A DNA stretch of 64,000 bases. Origin: Bacteroidales bacterium (lineage in GTDB: Bacteria; Bacteroidota; Bacteroidia; Bacteroidales; UBA3663). The DNA lies in contig JAZRXZ010000021.1 in assembly GCA_045600445.1 (NCBI GenBank), forward strand, positions 42,577 to 106,576. Reading direction: 5' to 3'. Shown here in pieces: positions 1-8,914 of this stretch. The notes under the pieces are model-generated. The model worked only from the letters and a program-made list of their open reading frames with translations, had not been told where the DNA came from and ran no database searches. Position 1 is the stretch's first letter. Each line of letters begins with the position of its first letter. The position numbers and the translations under genes are program-made.

Positions 1-1580
1 TAGAAATGTCCGTCAGTAACATTGTCGTGTTTTGTACCAATGCGATAAGCACGCTGCCAACTATTGCCAGCATAAGACAAAGTATTGCCATTCTGGTTAT
101 TTACGCCATAGTAGCCATCCGTACCACCTTCTTCTGTCCAGACTTCAGCACCGGAGCTATTGTAGTTTACAGCCTCCTGGTTGATACGAAGATATACGAT
201 GGTCTGGAAATTAGCATCAAGATCGAACTCAAATTTCTTATGATATGACAATCCATTGTCAAGAGTAATCTCAAAATCGATATTGTTGTTAACTGTAGCA
301 AACTGATCTTTTGTCTTATCTCCTAAATATTCATCATACATCACGGTTGTTGCGGCCGTATAGGTCGGACGGACAATAAGATCATATACAGGAACTTTAC
401 CATACACAGTACGAACATAACCAGACTTCTCGTTTGCTGTTTTAATCTTCTGTGTTTCTGTTCCAGTTGCTTTCCCATATTCTGTATTCCAGGCTGTTTT
501 TGCGGTAGTCCAAGGCTGCTTTGTCTCACTCTCATCATTAGCCGGGAAAATATATTGTTTCTCTGCAGTCTTATAGAACATAATGAAATGCTCCGCGTCC
601 ATCACAGTTCCTGAAGCATTTACACTTCCTCTTTCATCTACGAAATGTGGTATGGCTTTACGCGCTTCTGTCCATTGAGGAGTAAGCGTAGCATGACCAG
701 TTTCGTCAATTGCTTCTTTAACACCATTCAAAACTTTTACATTGCAGAAGCGAATAGAGCTGTCTGTAGCATCTTCCTTTATTATTGTTCCACTTCCATC
801 GTTAGAATAAGAATACCCCTTAATCTTGACTCCTGTCAGCTCTGGGTCAATAAGGACGTATGCAATAACACGTGCTAGACGATGTTTGAATGGCAATTTG
901 ATACGGCTGATAGTTGCATTGATGCCCCAGTTTGCTGGCATACCTAGGTAGTGCTCCAATAACGTATAGTTGGCATTTCCAGACGTTAACGATGACGGAT
1001 CTTTGCTTTGGTCTATATTTAGATCTTGAGCAGTACCCTCTGCTTTAGTAATGTCCGTTAATGATACATTGGAAGTTGTCCTCTGTGCATCCTGATCTGG
1101 GTTATAACGAATCTCTGTAGGGACATATACACCCTCAAAGTAATGATATCCGTTTCCTTGCCATTGTGCAGGGGTACCACCGGTTCGATAATTAAGCGAA
1201 TACTCGGCCAAGCCACTGTCTGACTTCTTAATATTACTTTCTGAATAATTGCTTCCGGCCTCAATTTGATTTAGTTTAAGTATAGCCACCTTAGGAGAAC
1301 CTCCACTTATGCGATAAGTCACATCCAATCCCTTGAATAATGGTTCAAGCAACCAATCAACGGTTTCTGCATCCCTCTTAGGTTCCTCACTGGCACGAGT
1401 CTGTACAGGTTCATCTGAATTGATGGTAAGAGCTTCAGTTTCTACACCACCAATGCAGATAACGTTCGAATTATCGACAGGCTCATCCTCCACTGCAACA
1501 ATATCAGTGCAGGAAGAAAAACCTCCCACAGCCGAAAGGATGCACAAGATGCTGAATATATAAACTTTAATAGGTTCCAT
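1..1580 (-). CDS. Fimbrillin-family (type V pilin-like) surface lipoprotein, partial (C-terminus beyond window edge)
   Basis: Absent from the ORF track because it has no in-window stop. Hand translation of the minus strand from ATG at 1580 gives MEPIKVYIFSILCILSAVGGFSSCTD (lipobox FSSC). It also gives a PVQTRA site and the fimbrillin-type motif IKLPFKHRLARVIAYV. The frame stays open for 526 codons to position 3. The start overlaps the upstream stop by 14 nt (1567-1580). Confidence 0.8.
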   Translation of the reverse strand, partial: MEPIKVYIFSILCILSAVGGFSSCTDIVAVEDEPVDNSNVICIGGVETEALTINSDEPVQTRASEEPKRDAETVDWLLEPLFKGLDVTYRISGGSPKVAILKLNQIEAGSNYSESNIKKSDSGLAEYSLNYRTGGTPAQWQGNGYHYFEGVYVPTEIRYNPDQDAQRTTSNVSLTDITKAEGTAQDLNIDQSKDPSSLTSGNANYTLLEHYLGMPANWGINATISRIKLPFKHRLARVIAYVLIDPELTGVKIKGYSYSNDGSGTIIKEDATDSSIRFCNVKVLNGVKEAIDETGHATLTPQWTEARKAIPHFVDERGSVNASGTVMDAEHFIMFYKTAEKQYIFPANDESETKQPWTTAKTAWNTEYGKATGTETQKIKTANEKSGYVRTVYGKVPVYDLIVRPTYTAATTVMYDEYLGDKTKDQFATVNNNIDFEITLDNGLSYHKKFEFDLDANFQTIVYLRINQEAVNYNSSGAEVWTEEGGTDGYYGVNNQNGNTLSYAGNSWQRAYRIGTKHDNVTDGHF

Positions 1581-4500
1581 AATTTGTATCTTCTAATGGG
1601 GCAATAGAATTCTTTCGGCCTATAATATCCTCTTCTTTCTTACCCGTCTGAATCTGACCTGCTGCATTAAGAGCCTGCCACCAATTACCTTGACATCTTA
1701 CCATTGCATTAGCTAGAGCTCCAACCGTTCCATAAACAGAATATCCGATAATACCACCCCATCTAGGATGTAGGTCTTCTTCGGTATTTGTCCATGACAG
1801 CCAGCTATTACAGTCAGAAATTTCAATTTCTGGATTTACCGAGTTTTTAATAGCAGCTCCGCCAACAATTCCGCCATAATAGATCGTACCGTTAGCTGAT
1901 GGTGTAATAGCATCTGCTCTGCCATGATAAGTACAACGACTGATTTTAGCAACAACAGCCGTGTTGACGATACCTCCCACGAAATAGCTTGCCTGACCTC
2001 CAGTAGTATTTGGCAAATCAATCTTTAGTTTAGCGTTACTCTCACAGTCTTCAATCGTAGCACCGCCATAAGCGTACACTACTAATCCACTCGGATTTGA
2101 AGCTTGCACAAACTTATCACTTGCCATTTTCACCTTAATACCAGAAAGCCTTCCTGACGAAACGGAATATGCTAAAGGAGCGATAGCATCTGTAAGGTCA
2201 GAGCTCTGTTCTGACTTAATATCGTTAAGGCAAACGATCGTGAGGTCATGGACATAGCTGACAATATTAGTGAATAGCATTGGAGCCTGAGATGTTCCAT
2301 CAAGATAAACAGCACAGTTGTTACCATCTAATTCACAGAATACATTACCGATACCGGAGGCTGAAAGTTCTTCCGATTGCTGACCAATTGGAACGGCTGT
2401 TTCGCCTTGTCCTATTTTCCAATTATCATAGTTGACTGTAAAATCATCAGACAAACGAGCTCGCCTTGACGTACTATTATAATTAGAAGTTGTAATCAGC
2501 TCTTTCAGTTCTTCTTCACTATCTAACACATAATCATATAGTGAAGAGCCTGTACGAGCATTTGTAAAATAATCAGTTTCTGTAAATGCATTAGTAACGG
2601 AAGTCGGCCACTGGTTGCCACTTACGTTAGCTGCATTATACAAATTGCCTTCTGTCTCGCCCTTAACAGAAATGATATTATTAAAAAAAGAAGGATTTTG
2701 CAAAAGCGTTATTCCATATTCAAAAGTATTATTGGTAATCTTACCTTCTGCTTTTCCTACAATTCCGCCACCATAGACATTCTCCCCACCAGACACACGA
2801 GCATTGACCGTACACATGTCAATGACCGGCATCGTTGTTGTTATGGCACTACCACCCGCTTCTCGAGGGAATAGTGAGGTTCCTGCTATACCTCCAATAT
2901 AATAATCAGAAGTCTGATCTCCTGCCGAAACAGGCATATTAGAAGTGCAGCGTAAGATATTACCCAAGTTAGCATTTACCAAACCTCCATGGGTTGCCTT
3001 GATCTGCGAGCCTTTGATATTTGCAACATTTATACGTTCAATAGAACCTGCATTTGTCGGTGCAATTGCACACTCTATGGAGTTAGTTGCATTTCTATTA
3101 CCAAACTCCAAGGTACCATTGACAATTGAGCCAGAAGAGGCAATTCCGCCAGGAAAGAGCGTATGATTAACCTTAAGTGTTGCACCTGCAAGGCTCAAAG
3201 TAGCTTTAAGTTCCTTGTCAGCGATTTGAGTTATTCCACCCCAATTATCAGGATAAGCATCTTCACTGCTGCCTTGAACCTCAAGATCAATTGAGGCCGG
3301 ACTGATAAACGCAATATTTCCTGGTTTATTCAACTCTTCAGAAGCCAAGAACTCTATCAAATCCTTACGGTTTTTGATACTAATTGGTTCACTTGCATGC
3401 CCATAGTCATCGCACTTAGTGATAAACGGCCAGTCTTCCCAATCCACAACGTATGCTGTGATCAGAATCTTTCGATCTCCGGTACTAAGCGTTACATCGA
3501 TGACTAGATGATCACCAGCATTAAGATTATATCGAGACTTGACATTAGCCAACAAAGACTCTTTCATAGTCTCATCTTCTTCTTTCAGATAAGTTCCATA
3601 TTCAGTATCGTTGGCTGCATAGAATGAGAACTTCTGATTAGACACCTCAATGGCAGCGATCTTATGTTCTGACGCATAATCAGCATAAGCATGAGGTTCT
3701 ACAATCGCATCATAACATGCAGTCATATAAGGGACTTCTACACCTCGATCTGTATATTTGATCTGTCTACCACTCAAAAGAGGGCTGACTTCAGTAGGAG
3801 TATTACCTTTGTAACTGAAGATCTTCATGTGTACCTTGTCACTGGCAGTTGTGATACCATTCTCTACATCATACTGCAACTGATCACGGTTGATACCCTC
3901 TCCTGCACGCAAGATGATACTGACACGAGCACGCTGGTGCTGCATATAAAGTGGAATGGTCTTGTAATAGTCTGTTGATAAACCTTGAGGTAAACCTAAA
4001 TCCTGGTTGGCTGCATACCACTGCTTTGCTGTCAGGTAGTTAGGTGCATCAAGCTCATACTTACTTTTTGAATTCTCGTCATCCCAAGCCTTCACATAAC
4101 CATAACCCTTGATATAATCCTCAGCGAAATAAAGCGCTGCAGTCGATTGGTCTGTGGCTACAGTAGCTCCTGATGCCGGCAGATGCGAGGTTGCCTCAAA
4201 CGCGTACGGAGTGTTATTGCTTAGCCAATAGAGTGGCGTAGCATTATCTGCAAGTTTCAGATATCCATTAGCATCAAACGAAAGTATATCATTCTCATCC
4301 ATTTCAGTAACAGGGACGAGGTCTGTCATACCTTCGACACTCGGTGTTCCAGCATTATCTGTCAGCATCTTCACATTAAATGTATAAAGATCACGGACGC
4401 TCTGAAACTTATCGATTAGAGTATTATATTCTTGTTCTGCAGATACGCGGGTTCTCTCTGGCTGAGGGACATGTGCAGAAAAAAGCACTTGTTCACCAGC

Positions 4501-4629
4501 AGAAATACCACTTTCCTCATGTTCTGGAACAAGAATTGTATCTGTGCATGATGAAGTAATAGCCATCATGGCCAGCCCAAACAATATATTATTATGTATA
4601 TTTCTGTTTATCATATTATGTAGTATCAC
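1567..4629 (-). CDS. Fimbrillin-like lipoprotein fused to a C-terminal GLUG-type repeat domain (candidate pilus tip adhesin)
   Basis: 1020-aa ORF with lipobox AITSSCTD and an ERTRV site. N-terminal module carries PLYMQHQRARVSIILRAGEG and ends ILITAYVVDWEDW. The C-terminal ~600 aa carry spaced G-G-I-x-G motifs resembling the GLUG motif: YYIGGIAGTS, VYGGGIVGKAEG, YFVGGIVNTA, YYGGIVGGAAI, RWGGIIGYSV. Confidence 0.75.
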   Translation of the reverse strand: MILHNMINRNIHNNILFGLAMMAITSSCTDTILVPEHEESGISAGEQVLFSAHVPQPERTRVSAEQEYNTLIDKFQSVRDLYTFNVKMLTDNAGTPSVEGMTDLVPVTEMDENDILSFDANGYLKLADNATPLYWLSNNTPYAFEATSHLPASGATVATDQSTAALYFAEDYIKGYGYVKAWDDENSKSKYELDAPNYLTAKQWYAANQDLGLPQGLSTDYYKTIPLYMQHQRARVSIILRAGEGINRDQLQYDVENGITTASDKVHMKIFSYKGNTPTEVSPLLSGRQIKYTDRGVEVPYMTACYDAIVEPHAYADYASEHKIAAIEVSNQKFSFYAANDTEYGTYLKEEDETMKESLLANVKSRYNLNAGDHLVIDVTLSTGDRKILITAYVVDWEDWPFITKCDDYGHASEPISIKNRKDLIEFLASEELNKPGNIAFISPASIDLEVQGSSEDAYPDNWGGITQIADKELKATLSLAGATLKVNHTLFPGGIASSGSIVNGTLEFGNRNATNSIECAIAPTNAGSIERINVANIKGSQIKATHGGLVNANLGNILRCTSNMPVSAGDQTSDYYIGGIAGTSLFPREAGGSAITTTMPVIDMCTVNARVSGGENVYGGGIVGKAEGKITNNTFEYGITLLQNPSFFNNIISVKGETEGNLYNAANVSGNQWPTSVTNAFTETDYFTNARTGSSLYDYVLDSEEELKELITTSNYNSTSRRARLSDDFTVNYDNWKIGQGETAVPIGQQSEELSASGIGNVFCELDGNNCAVYLDGTSQAPMLFTNIVSYVHDLTIVCLNDIKSEQSSDLTDAIAPLAYSVSSGRLSGIKVKMASDKFVQASNPSGLVVYAYGGATIEDCESNAKLKIDLPNTTGGQASYFVGGIVNTAVVAKISRCTYHGRADAITPSANGTIYYGGIVGGAAIKNSVNPEIEISDCNSWLSWTNTEEDLHPRWGGIIGYSVYGTVGALANAMVRCQGNWWQALNAAGQIQTGKKEEDIIGRKNSIAPLEDTNYGTY

Positions 4630-4633
4630 CTAC

Positions 4634-6448
4634 TTATTCGCTGATTGTTCCATCCTCAAGGTAATTCAAGTCTTCAGAGAGCCCCCATCCTTGAATAGAT
4701 ACTCGTATTGAAGCCAGCATACCACGTGCAAGCCTGATATCATACAGATATCGTTTGCCACTCTGGAGTGTCTTCAGATCATGACTATGCTCATCGGTCG
4801 TGATTGGGAAAATCACAGAGTGAACAATTCGCTTTGATGGATCAGTCTCTCCATCAGGCAAAGGCTCTTTCCATGTTATACGTAAAGCCTGTAACAATCC
4901 GTAAGCAATAGCATTAAATGACTTTAATGAAGTTGTTGGCTTCTCTGTATCCGACATCTCGAACATGTTGAAAGATGTTTTATAAGGGTTCTCTGCCAAT
5001 TGTGCAGCTGTAAGCTTACTAACATCAACATTATCAAAGGCAGGAGCAATGGCCACACCACTTTGATTTGGCAGTGTAAATACATAACCCTTTTCGGTTA
5101 CACCCAAAAGCTCTACACTCTCTATACTCTCAGCCGTCAGATCATCGGTATTACCCTCCACCTTCTGTACATTCACCTGAATCTGTGAGAACTGATGCTT
5201 GAAGTACAGTCGCACACGGTTAGCCTCCTGTGTAGCACCTGTTGGCTTCATTTTTTCCACAGCAAGAATTGGATCTGGCTGATCGGACATCTTTGTCATT
5301 CCTTCTTTTCTAGTTAGATCGAAAGTATTGGCAGGATGCTCTTCAAAGATTTCTTCTATATCCTTCTTCTCGTAACTGAAATAGACTGTAGTTGACGGAT
5401 CTGAGAGGTCAATTCTCTCTCCACGATGTCCTTTAGAAGAATCCTCATAACCAATATTTTTCGTGTAGTCGAAGGCTACAGTCCAACATGAGTTATGGAA
5501 TGTACCATTCACAGTAGCTTCGTCTTCAGTAGGAGCTGTTCGTTCCAAATCAGCTTTCAATGCGCTCTTTTTATCATCAGCCAAATTAGATGCATCAATG
5601 GCGTTTGCAATATCATTTTTAGCATTTGCAAGCCAGGTTGCAAATTCTTCGGTATGACCAGCATTATTAAAAACAAGATGATTATGAGACCAATTAACCG
5701 GACTTTGGTTTTCTTTCACCTCAGTCAAAGTCCACGAAGCAGGTTCCTCCTCATTGTTACGAATAAATGCAAACACCGTTGCCTTCTGTGGCTGCCAAAC
5801 CACATTTTCACCCGTCTTAACCTTTCGCACGCCATCAGCCTCAGGATACATAAACAATGATCCTTGAGCAGGAACAGTTACATTGTTCTTTGTTGTAGTT
5901 GAATACTCGATTGTTTTCAGCTTATTATAATCAGTATATGCTACAAAGACATGTGGCAGACGGTTCTTCCAGTAGAAAGGCTCTACTCGAGGATCGAAAC
6001 CGTAAGTCGTGTAAGTTTCCTCGTCTAGATCATCGCTAGACAGATCTGTATAATCCCACTTCCAATAAACAGAGTTACCCAATGACTCGGTACCGGTAGC
6101 GCCAGGTTTATGCACATCGAAAACCTTCAAATAAGACGTAGCTCGAGAGTTCTCGTCCTCTACATCGAACGTAGATTCGTCTGTAGCACCCGCATTACCA
6201 TGATAATACATAGTACAGACAAAACGACCTCCAGTTTCCATATAAGGAATGACATCTGCACGTGTCGTACCAGAGACGGCTCCTACATTACCAGCTGAGA
6301 ACAGCACCATCTGGCCGATACCTTGATCATTGGTGTTACCACCTCCAGAAACTGAAGGTTCTGCCAATTCATCAGTACAAGACAAAGTCATCAATGCCGT
6401 CAGCAAATAACAGGCGCTTTTGATTATATGTATAAATCGCTGATTCAA
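4634..6448 (-). CDS. Fimbrillin-family surface lipoprotein
   Basis: 604-aa ORF with lipobox LMTLSCTDE and a GTTRAD site. It has the motif LYFKHQFSQIQVNVQK and the C-terminal strand motif SIRVSIQGWGL. There is a 4-bp gap to the downstream gene. Confidence 0.7.
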   Translation of the reverse strand: MNQRFIHIIKSACYLLTALMTLSCTDELAEPSVSGGGNTNDQGIGQMVLFSAGNVGAVSGTTRADVIPYMETGGRFVCTMYYHGNAGATDESTFDVEDENSRATSYLKVFDVHKPGATGTESLGNSVYWKWDYTDLSSDDLDEETYTTYGFDPRVEPFYWKNRLPHVFVAYTDYNKLKTIEYSTTTKNNVTVPAQGSLFMYPEADGVRKVKTGENVVWQPQKATVFAFIRNNEEEPASWTLTEVKENQSPVNWSHNHLVFNNAGHTEEFATWLANAKNDIANAIDASNLADDKKSALKADLERTAPTEDEATVNGTFHNSCWTVAFDYTKNIGYEDSSKGHRGERIDLSDPSTTVYFSYEKKDIEEIFEEHPANTFDLTRKEGMTKMSDQPDPILAVEKMKPTGATQEANRVRLYFKHQFSQIQVNVQKVEGNTDDLTAESIESVELLGVTEKGYVFTLPNQSGVAIAPAFDNVDVSKLTAAQLAENPYKTSFNMFEMSDTEKPTTSLKSFNAIAYGLLQALRITWKEPLPDGETDPSKRIVHSVIFPITTDEHSHDLKTLQSGKRYLYDIRLARGMLASIRVSIQGWGLSEDLNYLEDGTISE

Positions 6449-6498
6449 AATACTAATTCTTAATCATTAATCTATAAACGCTAGTCACGAAATAGAAG

Positions 6499-8901
6499 TT
6501 AGTCCCAGTCAAGGGTCGCATTGCCACTACCGGTCTTCTCCTCCCAAGCCTTAATCATAGCACGGAAAGAGATGGTTTCCTTACTCAAAAAAATCGTATA
6601 AATGTAATGCTTTCCTTGTTCCCATTGATTCAAATCGCTTGTTATTGGATCTCCATTTGAATCTGTGGTCTGGTACTCACATTTATTCAATTGAGCCTTA
6701 TAGGTAGCACCATTCCTAAGTGTTATAGTGATAATTGCATCATCATAGATTGTCTGAGGCACCATGACGTAATCTTTGAGAAGATTGACAGGTTTTCCAG
6801 ATTCCGGCGTAATACAATCTCCCAAAGAAGTGTCATTGCCGTTGCTCTTGGCGGGCAAGAAACCTGTATCATTTGTTGCATAAACAAATACTTTACTTGC
6901 CTTACTTCCTGTAACTTCAACTTTACCATTTTCAATAGTGATAGTACCAGTCGTGAACAAGTTCGAAATCTGGATCTTAGCCTGACTTAAGTCTAATCTT
7001 GGATTGAGCGGGTGATTATAAAGCGTCAAGTATTCATAATCATCCCACCCATCTACTGTAGCGTCCTTATTAATATCCTCCAGATTAAACGTCACCTTGC
7101 TCATGATGTGCTGGAAAGCCAGAGGCACACCACCCTTACGAGGAGGGATGGCAGCTCCGATCTCGTATACACGCTCATCGGTTTCTGATTTACCAATATG
7201 GCGAGGAGTATTTGCCCAAATGACATCATGACCATCTGCAATCGTTCCTTGAGATACAGAAGCTGGTTTATAATTATACGAATTGATTGCTCCAACACTT
7301 TCGGTATCAAACTCATTGGTTACAGTTTTACCTTTGTATATAGCCAGAGCACGGAAATAGTAATTATCCGTCTGGTTTGGCCAGTAGATTGGAGGTGTAT
7401 TCGTCCATTGGTCTTCTGAAGGGGCAGTATTGTTAGAGAAAGAACATACAGTTGAATAAGCATACTTCTCATTAGTACGCTCTTCTGAGTCATCAGTGTC
7501 ATTAGACTTCTTTACAGAGAACAAACTAAAAGCTGCACCAGTCTTGAACTTATCCTTATCAACAGTCTTAACTAAAATTTCTTCACCACTCTCAACGTTT
7601 TCGTCCGAGATATAATATTCGTCTTTGCCATTTGGCAAATCAATCTCACCCACAGCTTCTGCATTAACATCATCCCAGTTACGGATACTGGCTCTAACAT
7701 CAGTCGCCTGCTTCTTGATAGTCACTGTGATATGATAATTAACACCAGGAATGGTCATGCCACCATTACTTTCGTTATATCCAGAAGATACTAAATCTGG
7801 AGTAACCGAAGAAGCATTATAAGCAGCAAGTTTTGTACTCCACGCATCTGACTTCGTTTCTAAAGGCTCACCTTCCTTGGCATCAATGATAGCATCTGTC
7901 AGGAATACCTTATAATTATTATCATCAATGTTAGTCAGCGTGAGGAACGGATTATCTAGATCTGCCTTAAATACAGTTGGTGCAATCACAGCTTCAAACA
8001 CACACTGACGGTTATTGTTTGTAATAGCACCTTTCTTAAATATCACTTCCTTCTCATCGTCAGAGTTTGTACTAGGTGTAACTGTAGCTGTAGGTGCGGA
8101 AACGTTACATTTTGTAACCGCACTACTCAGCTTAACGACAGCATTTGCGAAGTTTCCACTCACGTTATCAAGAAAGCCATCTGCGCATATTACCGTGATA
8201 GTCACTTTACTCATAGCATGAGTATAAGGGATTTCGAGGTGACCTCTATCTGCCAGCGTATGCTTATACGCTACTGGAGACTGAGTCTTTGCAAAAAGCA
8301 GGTCGCTGGTCTTAAAAGCATTTGCAGCACCCTGATCAGCTAAAACAGTCCAATTACTTAGCAGTCCAGATGGTTCTGTGAGGGTAATAGGAGATTCAAT
8401 AGTTCTGCCATTATATCCATAACCATAATAAACCATTAAAGCGTGATTTGCAGTACGGAGGTCTGTTGTCTCAGATGCTGAATTGCTAAAATCATCCCAA
8501 TAAAGCCCTTGTGAATCTGTTACCGTCAAAGTAGAAGACGAATTATGATTGGTATAATTATCTGCTTCATTCAAATAACCATCTTTCAACACAGAAACCT
8601 TGAAATTTACCAAACGAGGTCCGACTCCTGTACCTGTTACATCTGCACTCCATACCAATGGATTAGTGGTAGCATCAGTAACAGTAACATGCTTGATATA
8701 AGCATTCAAAAGTTCGTCAGTAGTAAATTTATCGTCTGTAGCACGAGTCACAGAAGTCTCTGTCTTAAGCTTCATGTTTATCGCAATCGGAGTCTTCTCC
8801 ACCCCATTCAGGAATAAAGAAGTATCCACCACGTCATCTGTACATGATGTCAAGGCTGCTACACCTATAATACTATATATAAATTTCTTTATCATTGTCA
8901 T
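6499..8901 (-). CDS. Double-module fimbrillin-family surface lipoprotein
   Basis: 800-aa ORF with lipobox AALTSCTDD and an SVTRAT site. It has two H-x-M-S-K motifs (IPYTHAMSKVTITV, LAFQHIMSKVTFNL). It has two module-end W motifs (VRASIRNWDDV, FRAMIKAWEEK) and DNYYFRAL between the modules. Confidence 0.8.
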   Translation of the reverse strand: MTMIKKFIYSIIGVAALTSCTDDVVDTSLFLNGVEKTPIAINMKLKTETSVTRATDDKFTTDELLNAYIKHVTVTDATTNPLVWSADVTGTGVGPRLVNFKVSVLKDGYLNEADNYTNHNSSSTLTVTDSQGLYWDDFSNSASETTDLRTANHALMVYYGYGYNGRTIESPITLTEPSGLLSNWTVLADQGAANAFKTSDLLFAKTQSPVAYKHTLADRGHLEIPYTHAMSKVTITVICADGFLDNVSGNFANAVVKLSSAVTKCNVSAPTATVTPSTNSDDEKEVIFKKGAITNNNRQCVFEAVIAPTVFKADLDNPFLTLTNIDDNNYKVFLTDAIIDAKEGEPLETKSDAWSTKLAAYNASSVTPDLVSSGYNESNGGMTIPGVNYHITVTIKKQATDVRASIRNWDDVNAEAVGEIDLPNGKDEYYISDENVESGEEILVKTVDKDKFKTGAAFSLFSVKKSNDTDDSEERTNEKYAYSTVCSFSNNTAPSEDQWTNTPPIYWPNQTDNYYFRALAIYKGKTVTNEFDTESVGAINSYNYKPASVSQGTIADGHDVIWANTPRHIGKSETDERVYEIGAAIPPRKGGVPLAFQHIMSKVTFNLEDINKDATVDGWDDYEYLTLYNHPLNPRLDLSQAKIQISNLFTTGTITIENGKVEVTGSKASKVFVYATNDTGFLPAKSNGNDTSLGDCITPESGKPVNLLKDYVMVPQTIYDDAIITITLRNGATYKAQLNKCEYQTTDSNGDPITSDLNQWEQGKHYIYTIFLSKETISFRAMIKAWEEKTGSGNATLDWD

Positions 8902-8914
8902 CTTCAGTTAGATG

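Noticed and set aside
1-1566. Apparent gene-free or pseudogene region at the left edge (only short ORFs in the track)
   Set aside because: Hand translation shows an intact minus-strand frame from ATG 1580 to the window edge. It is missing from the track only because its stop lies outside the window.
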